DNA of 64,000 nucleotides, taken from IMG/VR virus record IMGVR_UViG_3300047546_003009. One strand, 5' to 3'. Under the pieces are notes generated by a model that saw only the letters and a list, made by a program, of their open reading frames with translations, ran no database searches and had not been told where the DNA came from. This DNA is from a virus (taxonomy: Duplodnaviria > Heunggongvirae > Uroviricota > Caudoviricetes). Shown in pieces: positions 1-7,118 of this stretch. The first letter of the stretch is position 1, and every line of letters starts with the position of its first letter. The position numbers and the translations under genes are program-made.

Positions 1-311
1 TCTGACTCATCAGTCATTAAAGCTAGCATTGCAAGAACGTCATTAGGATCAAAACCAATATCTGAGTCAATAAACATTAGATGTGTTGCATTTGACCGCA
101 TAAATTCATCAACACAGTAGTTACGAGCTCGGGTGATTAGCGATTCATTAAAGAGGAAGTATAGCTGAAGCTGGATTTGATACTTTGCACAAATGGCAGC
201 AAGATCAGCAATTGATCGTGTGTACATACCTGCACACTGTCCACCATACATTGGTGTGGCGACAAACAGCTTTCGTTTTTGTAGTTCAGAAAGTTCAACT
301 TTTAGTTCCAT
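1..311 (-). CDS. GT-A-fold glycosyltransferase-like protein, 5' part (runs off the left edge; absent from ORF track)
   Basis: Manual translation from ATG at 311: MELKVELSELQKRKLFVATPMYGGQC...LFNESLITRARNYCVDEFMRSNATHLMFIDSDIGF; ATPMYGG, ESLITRARN and FIDSD (DxD) motifs are typical of phage GT-A proteins. Confidence 0.75.
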   Translation of the reverse strand, partial: MELKVELSELQKRKLFVATPMYGGQCAGMYTRSIADLAAICAKYQIQLQLYFLFNESLITRARNYCVDEFMRSNATHLMFIDSDIGFDPNDVLAMLALMTDES

Positions 312-314
312 GTT

Positions 315-809
315 TTAGACTCCGTATTTTTTATCATGTTCTTTACCAATACCATATGAACCTTCATATGATGAAAGTGATTCGGCATCAAACGAAAGAT
401 ACTGACCAATTCTTGTTCCTCGTTTGATCTTCATTGGACCGATAGTAACATGCATGACACCGGCCATCACACCATGATATCCCGAATCATACAAACCAGA
501 TGTAAGGAAAACACCGTTGCGATTTAGTGTTGAGCGAGTGATAACCCAACCAGCCTCGCCCTCGCCAACGTGAATAATGTTCTCCATAACAACTTCATAG
601 CTTCCAACCTTCAGGTTAAAATAGCCTTCTTCATCTGGTTGAATCTCGAGCGTGCCACGATGCTTTTTAGTGTTTTCATCGATGAGAAAAAGTTCTTCTC
701 TAATGTAAAATACTTTACCCAGCCGCAGATCAACTGCGTTTGGTTGGCTATCACCATCCTGGACATTGGTTAGTTTAGATTTAGAGCTGGGCCCCAGAAT
801 ATGTTTCAT
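315..809 (-). CDS. Trimeric dUTPase / dCTP deaminase family protein, probably a dUTPase
   Basis: QPNAVDLRL, RSTLNRNG, GLYDSGYHG motifs; likely start MKHILG at 809 (ORF track 824). Confidence 0.75.
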   Translation of the reverse strand: MKHILGPSSKSKLTNVQDGDSQPNAVDLRLGKVFYIREELFLIDENTKKHRGTLEIQPDEEGYFNLKVGSYEVVMENIIHVGEGEAGWVITRSTLNRNGVFLTSGLYDSGYHGVMAGVMHVTIGPMKIKRGTRIGQYLSFDAESLSSYEGSYGIGKEHDKKYGV

Positions 810-1083
810 TTTGTTCCTTTTCATTAATGTAGATCATCAAAATAATGTAGTGAATGGCCTTAAGAAGGTCTTTCTTATTCTTACCTTCTTTTTTACCATA
901 TCTCATCAGATATTTTAGAGCCGTATCGCGCGCGGTTGTTTCAAGTGAACCACAAGCTTCCCAAATATCAATAACCTGCGAACCTTTAGACTCAGCTACG
1001 TAATGTTGGTTGTACGTAGAGTTAACATAATCGGTTATCTGCTTGAGGATGTTATCCTCGTCATAGTTGTATTTCATCTTCAC
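781..1083 (-). CDS. DUF3310 (SaV-like / T7 gp1.7-like nucleotide kinase domain) protein
   Basis: YNQHY...VID...ALKYLMRYGKKEG.NKKDLLKAIHY matches the DUF3310 pattern HY..ID..KY..R..KK..DL.KA..Y. Confidence 0.7.
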   Translation of the reverse strand: MKMKYNYDEDNILKQITDYVNSTYNQHYVAESKGSQVIDIWEACGSLETTARDTALKYLMRYGKKEGKNKKDLLKAIHYIILMIYINEKEQNETYSGAQL

Positions 1084-1084
1084 C

Positions 1085-1942
1085 TCATTCCTTTATCTTG
1101 GTGTTAATATAGTCGAGATTTCTCTGAATAATCTTTTTGTTATTATCCCCCGACTTGAAAGAGAAATCAACCTCTTTCTCAAATTTACCGTTAACTAACC
1201 CAGTAGGTGAATTATCAAACTGAATACCATTTAGACCACACCAAATTGCTGCACTAGAGTCCCATGAGAAGATGTTTTTACTGAATCGTTTAAGAAGGTC
1301 AATTTCATTGGGTCCATCTACCATACCAAGACAATGAAACTTCTTATAGGCTCTTGAATCCTTGAGGATACCAAGTCTTTCCATAGTATTGAATACTGTG
1401 AAGCGTGAAAGGAATCGTTGCAGCTTATACGTATCACTACGTGACTCAATACTTTGTTTCTCGTCAATACCCAAAGCAATAGGACATCCGAGAATTGACA
1501 ACCCAATTAGTTTAATTGGTTGGTCAAGTGCCCACTCAATACCCTGAAGATAACCATCAAAATCACCGAGCTTACTCTGAGGAACGAAGAATGCTTGAAA
1601 TCCAGCATCAATAATATCTGGAAGCATTTTATCGCCAGCTTCAACCGTCTTCGTCCAATCCTCGCGTGGATAGTCGGACATAACAATACAATCAGCCTTA
1701 CAGCGCTTACCCATCGCAATAAGTTTAGATGAATCGTACATTGGTCGACCCTGCTTAAACATTTCAAACGCAGAGTTATCCATAATCTTATACATGCCGT
1801 CATCTAAGTTAGCATAGAAGTCAGCATATTCAGGATCAGACTCGACAAGATGAGCGAGAATTAAATGAGCGTCGTTGTAGTCACTGTATTTGCTAAGATA
1901 TTTTGTCGGTGATATGTGACAAAATTTGATTGGGTAGTTCAT
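1085..1942 (-). CDS. dpdA: TGT-fold 7-deazaguanine DNA transglycosylase (DpdA family, divergent)
   Basis: MDNSAFE (cf. DSGxF), VMSDYP, HCLG and SWDSSA (catalytic Asp) in TGT/DpdA order; clustered with folE/queD/queE. Confidence 0.7.
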   Translation of the reverse strand: MNYPIKFCHISPTKYLSKYSDYNDAHLILAHLVESDPEYADFYANLDDGMYKIMDNSAFEMFKQGRPMYDSSKLIAMGKRCKADCIVMSDYPREDWTKTVEAGDKMLPDIIDAGFQAFFVPQSKLGDFDGYLQGIEWALDQPIKLIGLSILGCPIALGIDEKQSIESRSDTYKLQRFLSRFTVFNTMERLGILKDSRAYKKFHCLGMVDGPNEIDLLKRFSKNIFSWDSSAAIWCGLNGIQFDNSPTGLVNGKFEKEVDFSFKSGDNNKKIIQRNLDYINTKIKE

Positions 1943-2310
1943 TCACTCTCCTCATTAAAATAAATTCTACAGCCGTTCTCATTATCCTCCGATACCTCGA
2001 TAACACAAATCCGGTTTGGGTATTTGACTTTGATATACAGGTTGTACAAGTCGTTTGCAATCATTTCACAAGACTTGTTATTAAGAAAACCCATCATGCC
2101 ATCAATGTATTGCTCAAGCTCTCTTTTAAACATGATAAATTCTACATCACGATCATCATGAAATACCTCAAGCTCCACTCTAAAATGAAAGATGTGTCGA
2201 TGTGGATAGCCTAGAAAGCTGACTGATTGGAGTTTAGGATCAGTTAGTGCTGCAGGGTAGCAGTGGATCCCTTCACGTTGAAATGTTACCCAAATAAATG
2301 AATTAATCAT
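1939..2310 (-). CDS. dpdL: QueD-like T-fold protein, putative CDG decarboxylase DpdL
   Basis: LGYPHRHIF fits LxxxHRHxF; EFIMFKR, SCEMIA, EVSEDNENG; SD AAGGAA supports start MINSFIW at 2310. Confidence 0.7.
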   Translation of the reverse strand: MINSFIWVTFQREGIHCYPAALTDPKLQSVSFLGYPHRHIFHFRVELEVFHDDRDVEFIMFKRELEQYIDGMMGFLNNKSCEMIANDLYNLYIKVKYPNRICVIEVSEDNENGCRIYFNEESE

Positions 2311-2683
2311 ATAGTTCCTTCGCAAGTCTCTTTGCATTACTAAAAACTTTTCTCACATACTGCTCATTGTATCCCTTATCAAGTATAAACATTTCTGTGA
2401 TACCTGACAACTGGTCAAAATAACCAGTTGGTGTTTGAAAGTAATCCTCGAGTCTAAAATCCTTGTAAAACATACATTGTAGCCATTTTTCGATATGAGC
2501 TACCCGACTACGAGCAACACCAGGATCAGCATGCTGTATGTATATATCATCCAAGATGGTGATGTTGTCAAATTTTTCATACTGACTGTCAGCAAACCTT
2601 TTTTCAGCGATAAACCACTTTGTGTGACCAATTTTATAGGCCACTTTACCGTCTTTTTCAAACTTAGCGAGATATACTTTCAT
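2303..2683 (-). CDS. GIY-YIG / T5orf172-like small endonuclease
   Basis: VYLAK...YKIGHT...KRF...IEKWL resembles GIY-YIG superfamily core; no C-terminal DNA-binding tail. Confidence 0.55.
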   Translation of the reverse strand: MKVYLAKFEKDGKVAYKIGHTKWFIAEKRFADSQYEKFDNITILDDIYIQHADPGVARSRVAHIEKWLQCMFYKDFRLEDYFQTPTGYFDQLSGITEMFILDKGYNEQYVRKVFSNAKRLAKELYD

Positions 2684-2686
2684 GAT

Positions 2687-2712
2687 AAAAAAAGAGCCGC
2701 TTTCGCGGCTCT
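2687..2712 (-). terminator. Rho-independent terminator
   Basis: Minus strand AGAGCCGC-GAAA-GCGGCTCT followed by a T-run. Confidence 0.85.
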
Positions 2713-2732
2713 ATTCTAGTTTACCGTTTTAA

Positions 2733-2975
2733 TTAACGGCCACCAAAGACGTCCTGGCCGCCAATAGCGTATGCCAGGCGAACCATTTCACGCGAAGGCT
2801 GACCCAGTTTGTAATGGGTGCCTTTGCTGTTGCGGTTGGTGTAGATGCTGTAACCTTCAGCACGAAGCTCAGAAATACGAGCTGACAGATTAGTGATACC
2901 AAACGTACGAGCTTGCTTGGTGGTAAGTTTACGGCCAGACTCGAGAACTTTAAGAATAGTATTGTATTGCGTCAT
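2733..2975 (-). CDS. Winged helix-turn-helix DNA-binding protein (HTH_36-like)
   Basis: LESGRKLTTKQARTFGITNLSARISELRAEGYSI; SD AGGAG 7 nt before ATG at 2975. Confidence 0.65.
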   Translation of the reverse strand: MTQYNTILKVLESGRKLTTKQARTFGITNLSARISELRAEGYSIYTNRNSKGTHYKLGQPSREMVRLAYAIGGQDVFGGR

Positions 2976-3032
2976 TGTCAATCTCCTAAAAATATAACAT
3001 TATTAAAATACTGGATTACACCAGCAGACCAC

Positions 3033-3061
3033 ACTTTACTACATTTTTTTATTATTGTCAA
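3033..3061 (-). promoter_or_regulatory. sigma70-type early promoter
   Basis: TTGACA-17 nt-TAAAGT upstream of the HTH gene. Confidence 0.6.
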
Positions 3062-3251
3062 CAGCTTGTTTTAATTTTTTTAATGCACTCATAGCCATTT
3101 TAACGATCCTAGGATGATCTTTCATCCTCAAAACATAGAACGGCCGCCCCTCGATATCTTCAACATCAATCAAATATGCTTCAAAATACTCACCAGACAC
3201 ATTATTAACAAAACCTGTTAGTATAGGTTTTGGCTTTTGTCGTTTTTTCAC
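3039..3251 (-). CDS. Hypothetical protein (70 aa)
   Basis: Overlaps the folE stop and fills the operon gap; no motif recognised. Confidence 0.6.
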   Translation of the reverse strand: MKKRQKPKPILTGFVNNVSGEYFEAYLIDVEDIEGRPFYVLRMKDHPRIVKMAMSALKKLKQAVDNNKKM

Positions 3252-3934
3252 AGCACATCTCTCTGCATCTTAACGTTGTTGTAAAATTCTGCTTTAACAC
3301 TATCGTTATGGAACAAACCATGAACAACAGCTGTCTGCGTCAGACTAGAATGAACCTCAACACCACGATGTTCCATACATCCATGCGTTGCTTGTATATA
3401 CACAGCAACGTTTTCTGTATCCGTTGCCTTCATGATCTCTTTTGCAATTTGATTAACGAGATCTTCTTGAAGCTGGCCACGACGTGCACACCACTGCGCA
3501 ATTCGAACATACTTTGAAAGACCGATAACTCGGCCAGTTGGAATAAGACCAATGTAAGCCACACCCTTAACAGGCTGGTGATGGTGTGAACACATAGATG
3601 TGATCTCAGCTCTTACAACAAGCATACCCTCGAATCGATCTGAACCCTCATTAGGGAATGAAGTAGCCTGAGGTGCAGGCTCGTATCGACCAGCCATTAA
3701 CTCATAGATATACATCTTTGCAAGACGTTTAGCTGTGTCGTACGAGTTGGGGTCTTCTGCAGTGTCGATAACAAGGCTTTCAAGAACACTTTGAAACTTT
3801 TCTTGTAGTTCTGCTACAAGCAGTTCTTTTTCACCTTGCTTAATAAAATCCGAAATGTTATCGCTGGCATGATAACGCCGACCAGCAAGAACAATACGGT
3901 CTCTAATCTGCTCTGAAATGGGTTTATTATTCAT
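3248..3934 (-). CDS. folE: GTP cyclohydrolase I
   Basis: SMCSHHHQP, GLSKYVRI, RGQLQEDL, HGCMEHRG motifs; likely start MNNKP at 3934. Confidence 0.95.
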   Translation of the reverse strand: MNNKPISEQIRDRIVLAGRRYHASDNISDFIKQGEKELLVAELQEKFQSVLESLVIDTAEDPNSYDTAKRLAKMYIYELMAGRYEPAPQATSFPNEGSDRFEGMLVVRAEITSMCSHHHQPVKGVAYIGLIPTGRVIGLSKYVRIAQWCARRGQLQEDLVNQIAKEIMKATDTENVAVYIQATHGCMEHRGVEVHSSLTQTAVVHGLFHNDSVKAEFYNNVKMQRDVL

Positions 3935-4151
3935 ACTGCTCCTCATGTGAATATACACCGTGCATCATATCGTTGTGGTATGATGCAACGTCTTTTTTAG
4001 CTTCATCAATTACACTGCGTTGATATGGAACAAAAAACGGACCAAAAACTTTAGTGAGGGTCTGCTCAACCTGTTCGTCACTGTATCCAGCGAGAATATA
4101 ATTCATAGCAGTATTGAGCATATCAATATACGCTTCTTTCATCTTACTCAT
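3927..4151 (-). CDS. Hypothetical protein (approx. 74 aa)
   Basis: SD GAAGGA before ATG at 4151; overlaps both neighbours. Confidence 0.55.
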   Translation of the reverse strand: MSKMKEAYIDMLNTAMNYILAGYSDEQVEQTLTKVFGPFFVPYQRSVIDEAKKDVASYHNDMMHGVYSHEEQYE

Positions 4152-4539
4152 AACGATCATCCTTCACCAGGTTAATGTGCTTGCATTTTCCATGAAATTT
4201 AAAACCAGTGCAACTGCACGAATAGTGATTGTTGCTCTTGCTTACAATATACTTCTGTCCTTTAGAACCTATAACAGGAAACTCTTGAAAGCTTGAGCTA
4301 CGACCACTAATTACCTTTATGTCGTGAATACGTTTGAACGAAATCATTGAGACTGGATAGTTGGAATCACCAGTTTCAATTGAAACATAATCAGCCTCAA
4401 GCCACTTCTCGTTTTGAACGACCTTTCCAACAATCTTACGAAATACAAAAGGTTGTTCTTTTGCCGTGAAAATGTAGTGGTTGGGTTGCTTTGTCGTAAG
4501 TTCGACAACAGAACCAACAGCAGGGATAAGTGTTTTCAT
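4144..4539 (-). CDS. SWIM zinc-finger protein
   Basis: C-terminal YSCSCTGFKFHGKCKHI (CxC-x7-CxH); start probably 4539, since the ORF-track start 4578 overlaps the promoter. Confidence 0.75.
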   Translation of the reverse strand: MKTLIPAVGSVVELTTKQPNHYIFTAKEQPFVFRKIVGKVVQNEKWLEADYVSIETGDSNYPVSMISFKRIHDIKVISGRSSSFQEFPVIGSKGQKYIVSKSNNHYSCSCTGFKFHGKCKHINLVKDDRYE

Positions 4540-4546
4540 GAAGTCC

Positions 4547-4575
4547 ATTATACATAAAAACCTGTTGTCGGTCAA
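4547..4575 (-). promoter_or_regulatory. sigma70-type early promoter
   Basis: TTGACC-17 nt-TATAAT. Confidence 0.8.
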
Positions 4576-4594
4576 CATCCACTAACTTGTTGAT

Positions 4595-5107
4595 TTACGA
4601 GAAAAGATCCTCACCCCACTCACGGTGGCCTTCCCGAAACGCCATATTTGCTTGTGTTTCGCGAACTTCAACACGGTAGCACCACAGACGTTCTGCTTCA
4701 CCTGGACCCCAGTAGTCAGGAATGTACACGCCGTTGACGTACTTGTACAGCATGTCTGCAAGACCTTCACAGCCCAGACGTGGCAGAATTGTTAGTTTTG
4801 CTATCTTACGACGTTCCATCTCTTTATACAGCTCGAGCTCCGGATCGTCTTGAGCTACAAGAAGAGTGTGGTCAAACTGATCTTCAAGAACAGCTTTAAG
4901 TTCTTTGAGACCACCATAGTCGGCTGCCCAATTACGAGCATCTAGGTTATTTGTTCCAAAGAAGAACTTCATTGAAAAGCTGTAACCATGAATTAGGTTA
5001 CAGTGTGAATCTGCCTTGTATTGTCTATAAGCACAAGGAAATGCATCAACGTATTCTTTCGTTGATGTGTATTTGTAAGTAATCGGTTGCATCATTTCTC
5101 CCACCAA
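4595..5107 (-). CDS. queD: 6-carboxy-5,6,7,8-tetrahydropterin synthase
   Basis: SHCNLIHGYS, DYGGLKELK..LEDQFDHTLL, GCEGLA, VEVRET T-fold motifs; true start probably a few codons downstream (MQPITY). Confidence 0.9.
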   Translation of the reverse strand: MVGEMMQPITYKYTSTKEYVDAFPCAYRQYKADSHCNLIHGYSFSMKFFFGTNNLDARNWAADYGGLKELKAVLEDQFDHTLLVAQDDPELELYKEMERRKIAKLTILPRLGCEGLADMLYKYVNGVYIPDYWGPGEAERLWCYRVEVRETQANMAFREGHREWGEDLFS

Positions 5108-5541
5108 AAGTTAACCCACTCGTTCGTTTTATCACGATCAATTAAACGACCGTAAAAATCAACAATAAAATCTTGCTGTGTGATATTGTAAATTAATGTC
5201 GTGAACCTAGTGTTGTGGTCCCTCGAGAATCCAATTTCTTCCTCAATCTCTCTCAATGTAAGACCTGTATCACAAATATCATCAACAAATAATGTTGGAA
5301 GATCTGGTTCGATAATCTCGTTTAGCTTTTGTTTGTCTTTAAACTCACCATCCCTTGTAGCCCATTGAAGAGGAATAAACGGACATCCAAACGTATGAGA
5401 TAAACATACCCCAGGAATCAACCCACCTCTACTAATACCAACAACACGGTGAGGTTTAAAATTACTTGCCCGTATTGAATGTGATATCTTGTATAGATCA
5501 TCACACATCATTATGTAGCTATATTCCATTACGTCCCCCAC
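5092..5541 (-). CDS. Type I phosphoribosyltransferase (xanthine/guanine PRT-like)
   Basis: VVGISRGGLIPG and PRPP-binding LFVDDICDTGLTL. Confidence 0.85.
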   Translation of the reverse strand: MGDVMEYSYIMMCDDLYKISHSIRASNFKPHRVVGISRGGLIPGVCLSHTFGCPFIPLQWATRDGEFKDKQKLNEIIEPDLPTLFVDDICDTGLTLREIEEEIGFSRDHNTRFTTLIYNITQQDFIVDFYGRLIDRDKTNEWVNFWWEK

Positions 5542-6392
5542 TCATTCTTAAACAATGGAACTTGAAGTCTATCACTATAACGAAGTCCATGCTTCATTGC
5601 TAATTCAGCCACTTTGCGATTGTTTAGTGCATACACAGATTCAACACCACCAACAGGCATTAGATAAACAGGCCCCGAAAATCCTCCATCTTTATACATC
5701 TCAACAACCTCTAGTGCTTCTTTACAATCTTCTTCTGTTGCAATCACAAACTTGAGGTATGTATAACCAACCGCTTGATATTGTTTGATGATTTCAGGAC
5801 GGATTGCCTCTTCTCTCTTCTCACCCGAAACAGAAAGCTTGGGCGAAACAGAAAAAGTCAGTTTATCCCAATCTTGCCCGTTGCGTGTAACTTGACCCCA
5901 CAGATAATCATAGAACTTGTCTTCAATGGGTTGAGTACCGTTAGTTTCAAATGTAATCTCTTTAAGATGTAGCATGTAAGGATGGCTAAGAAGATCCGGA
6001 TATGCCCGCTGCCATCCAAGAAGAGGTTCACCACCGGTGATCACAAGATGTTCATCTCGCCAACCTTTGTGAGGTAGCATTTCTTTTATCTGAGCTGCAA
6101 TCTCATCCGTGTCTAAAACAGGACTTAGATTTTTAAATGCAGGATGCCAGCTGGCATAGCTATCGCAACCAGTGCTGACAAGTGGAAGCTCCTTGTATGA
6201 TTTCCACTGCTTTGAATTCTTCTGTGTAACAGCAAGCTGCTCTGCTTCTACACTAAGTTCACCTTTTGGCATACCAAATCCTGCACACTTAAAGTTGCAA
6301 CCAAATGTGCGAAGGAATACAGAAGGAACACCCATATAGCGTCCTTCACCCTGAATCGAATAAAACAGTTCTGCTACTTTAATCTTAGACAT
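5529..6392 (-). CDS. queE: 7-carboxy-7-deazaguanine synthase (radical SAM)
   Basis: ELFYSIQGEG.Y.GVPSVFLRTFGCNFKC, split CxxxC...CD motif, ITGGEPLL, FETNGT, VSPKL; start MSKIKV at 6392. Confidence 0.95.
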   Translation of the reverse strand: MSKIKVAELFYSIQGEGRYMGVPSVFLRTFGCNFKCAGFGMPKGELSVEAEQLAVTQKNSKQWKSYKELPLVSTGCDSYASWHPAFKNLSPVLDTDEIAAQIKEMLPHKGWRDEHLVITGGEPLLGWQRAYPDLLSHPYMLHLKEITFETNGTQPIEDKFYDYLWGQVTRNGQDWDKLTFSVSPKLSVSGEKREEAIRPEIIKQYQAVGYTYLKFVIATEEDCKEALEVVEMYKDGGFSGPVYLMPVGGVESVYALNNRKVAELAMKHGLRYSDRLQVPLFKNEWGT

Positions 6393-6903
6393 ACCGTTCC
6401 TCTTTAATCTTACCACGTTCAATCATTTTCTTGTACTTCATTGCTCTCTCAAGATGGTATCTGTTTGCCTTTGAGGTAAAAACTATCCCATTCAAGTGAT
6501 CAAGTTCATGCAGGAAACAGCGAGCTGTAATACCATCAAATTTCATTGTTTCTGTATCACCATTGGGTTTGGTGAACCTAACCTTGATTGTTCGTGGGCG
6601 CTTTATTTTCAAAAATAGGTTTGGAAATGAAAGACATCCTTCGTCCATGAGGATCACATTGCTATTCGTTTGATCTACTATTCTAGGATTGAAACAAACA
6701 TATACAGGATTACAGCTAATTGCAAATACTCTGTAACGAAGACCTACTTGATTTGCCGACAGGCCCAACCCATTATTAGCTAACATTGTTTCTGTTAAGT
6801 TTTTTGCAAGCTCAATAGGATCACAAGGAGGGTTTGCAAAATCAAACAGAGGCATTTCCTCGCGGAGAATAGGATCATCAGATTTAACAAGACTGAGAAT
6901 CAT
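6385..6903 (-). CDS. def: Peptide deformylase
   Basis: GLGLSANQVG, EGCLS, HELDH motifs. Confidence 0.95.
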   Translation of the reverse strand: MILSLVKSDDPILREEMPLFDFANPPCDPIELAKNLTETMLANNGLGLSANQVGLRYRVFAISCNPVYVCFNPRIVDQTNSNVILMDEGCLSFPNLFLKIKRPRTIKVRFTKPNGDTETMKFDGITARCFLHELDHLNGIVFTSKANRYHLERAMKYKKMIERGKIKEERYV

Positions 6904-7118
6904 GTTTTCTTCAACCACGTTTTACCACAAACAAGACAGCTCATATGTGTTGTAGTTGTATTGGGGTCTTTATTTAATGGATTACCATATTTGTCGAATG
7001 TAGGAATCCAACCCAGGGCAGTGGTCATACTCATGCCTTGCTGCACTACACAATCTGTACGATCACAGTCTGGTGTAATGGGCTGAGCCTTTCCCACTTC
7101 GATTAGGAATTGTTTCAT
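6900..7118 (-). CDS. Hypothetical protein with four Cys (possible zinc ribbon)
   Basis: CDRTDC ... CLVCGKTW; overlaps gp46 stop and def start. Confidence 0.55.
   Translation of the reverse strand: MKQFLIEVGKAQPITPDCDRTDCVVQQGMSMTTALGWIPTFDKYGNPLNKDPNTTTTHMSCLVCGKTWLKKT

Noticed and set aside
2724-2739. Small hairpin CCGTT...AACGG at the HTH stop codon
   Set aside because: Only 5-bp stem, no U-tract; the real terminator lies just downstream
4582-4770. 62-aa ORF overlapping the 3' end of queD
   Set aside because: Out-of-frame overlap with queD, no recognisable features
1085-6392. Queuosine tRNA-modification auxiliary metabolic pathway
   Set aside because: No queC, queF, queA or full-length Zn-binding tgt here; the DpdA/DpdL-like pair favours DNA modification, though genes outside the window cannot be excluded
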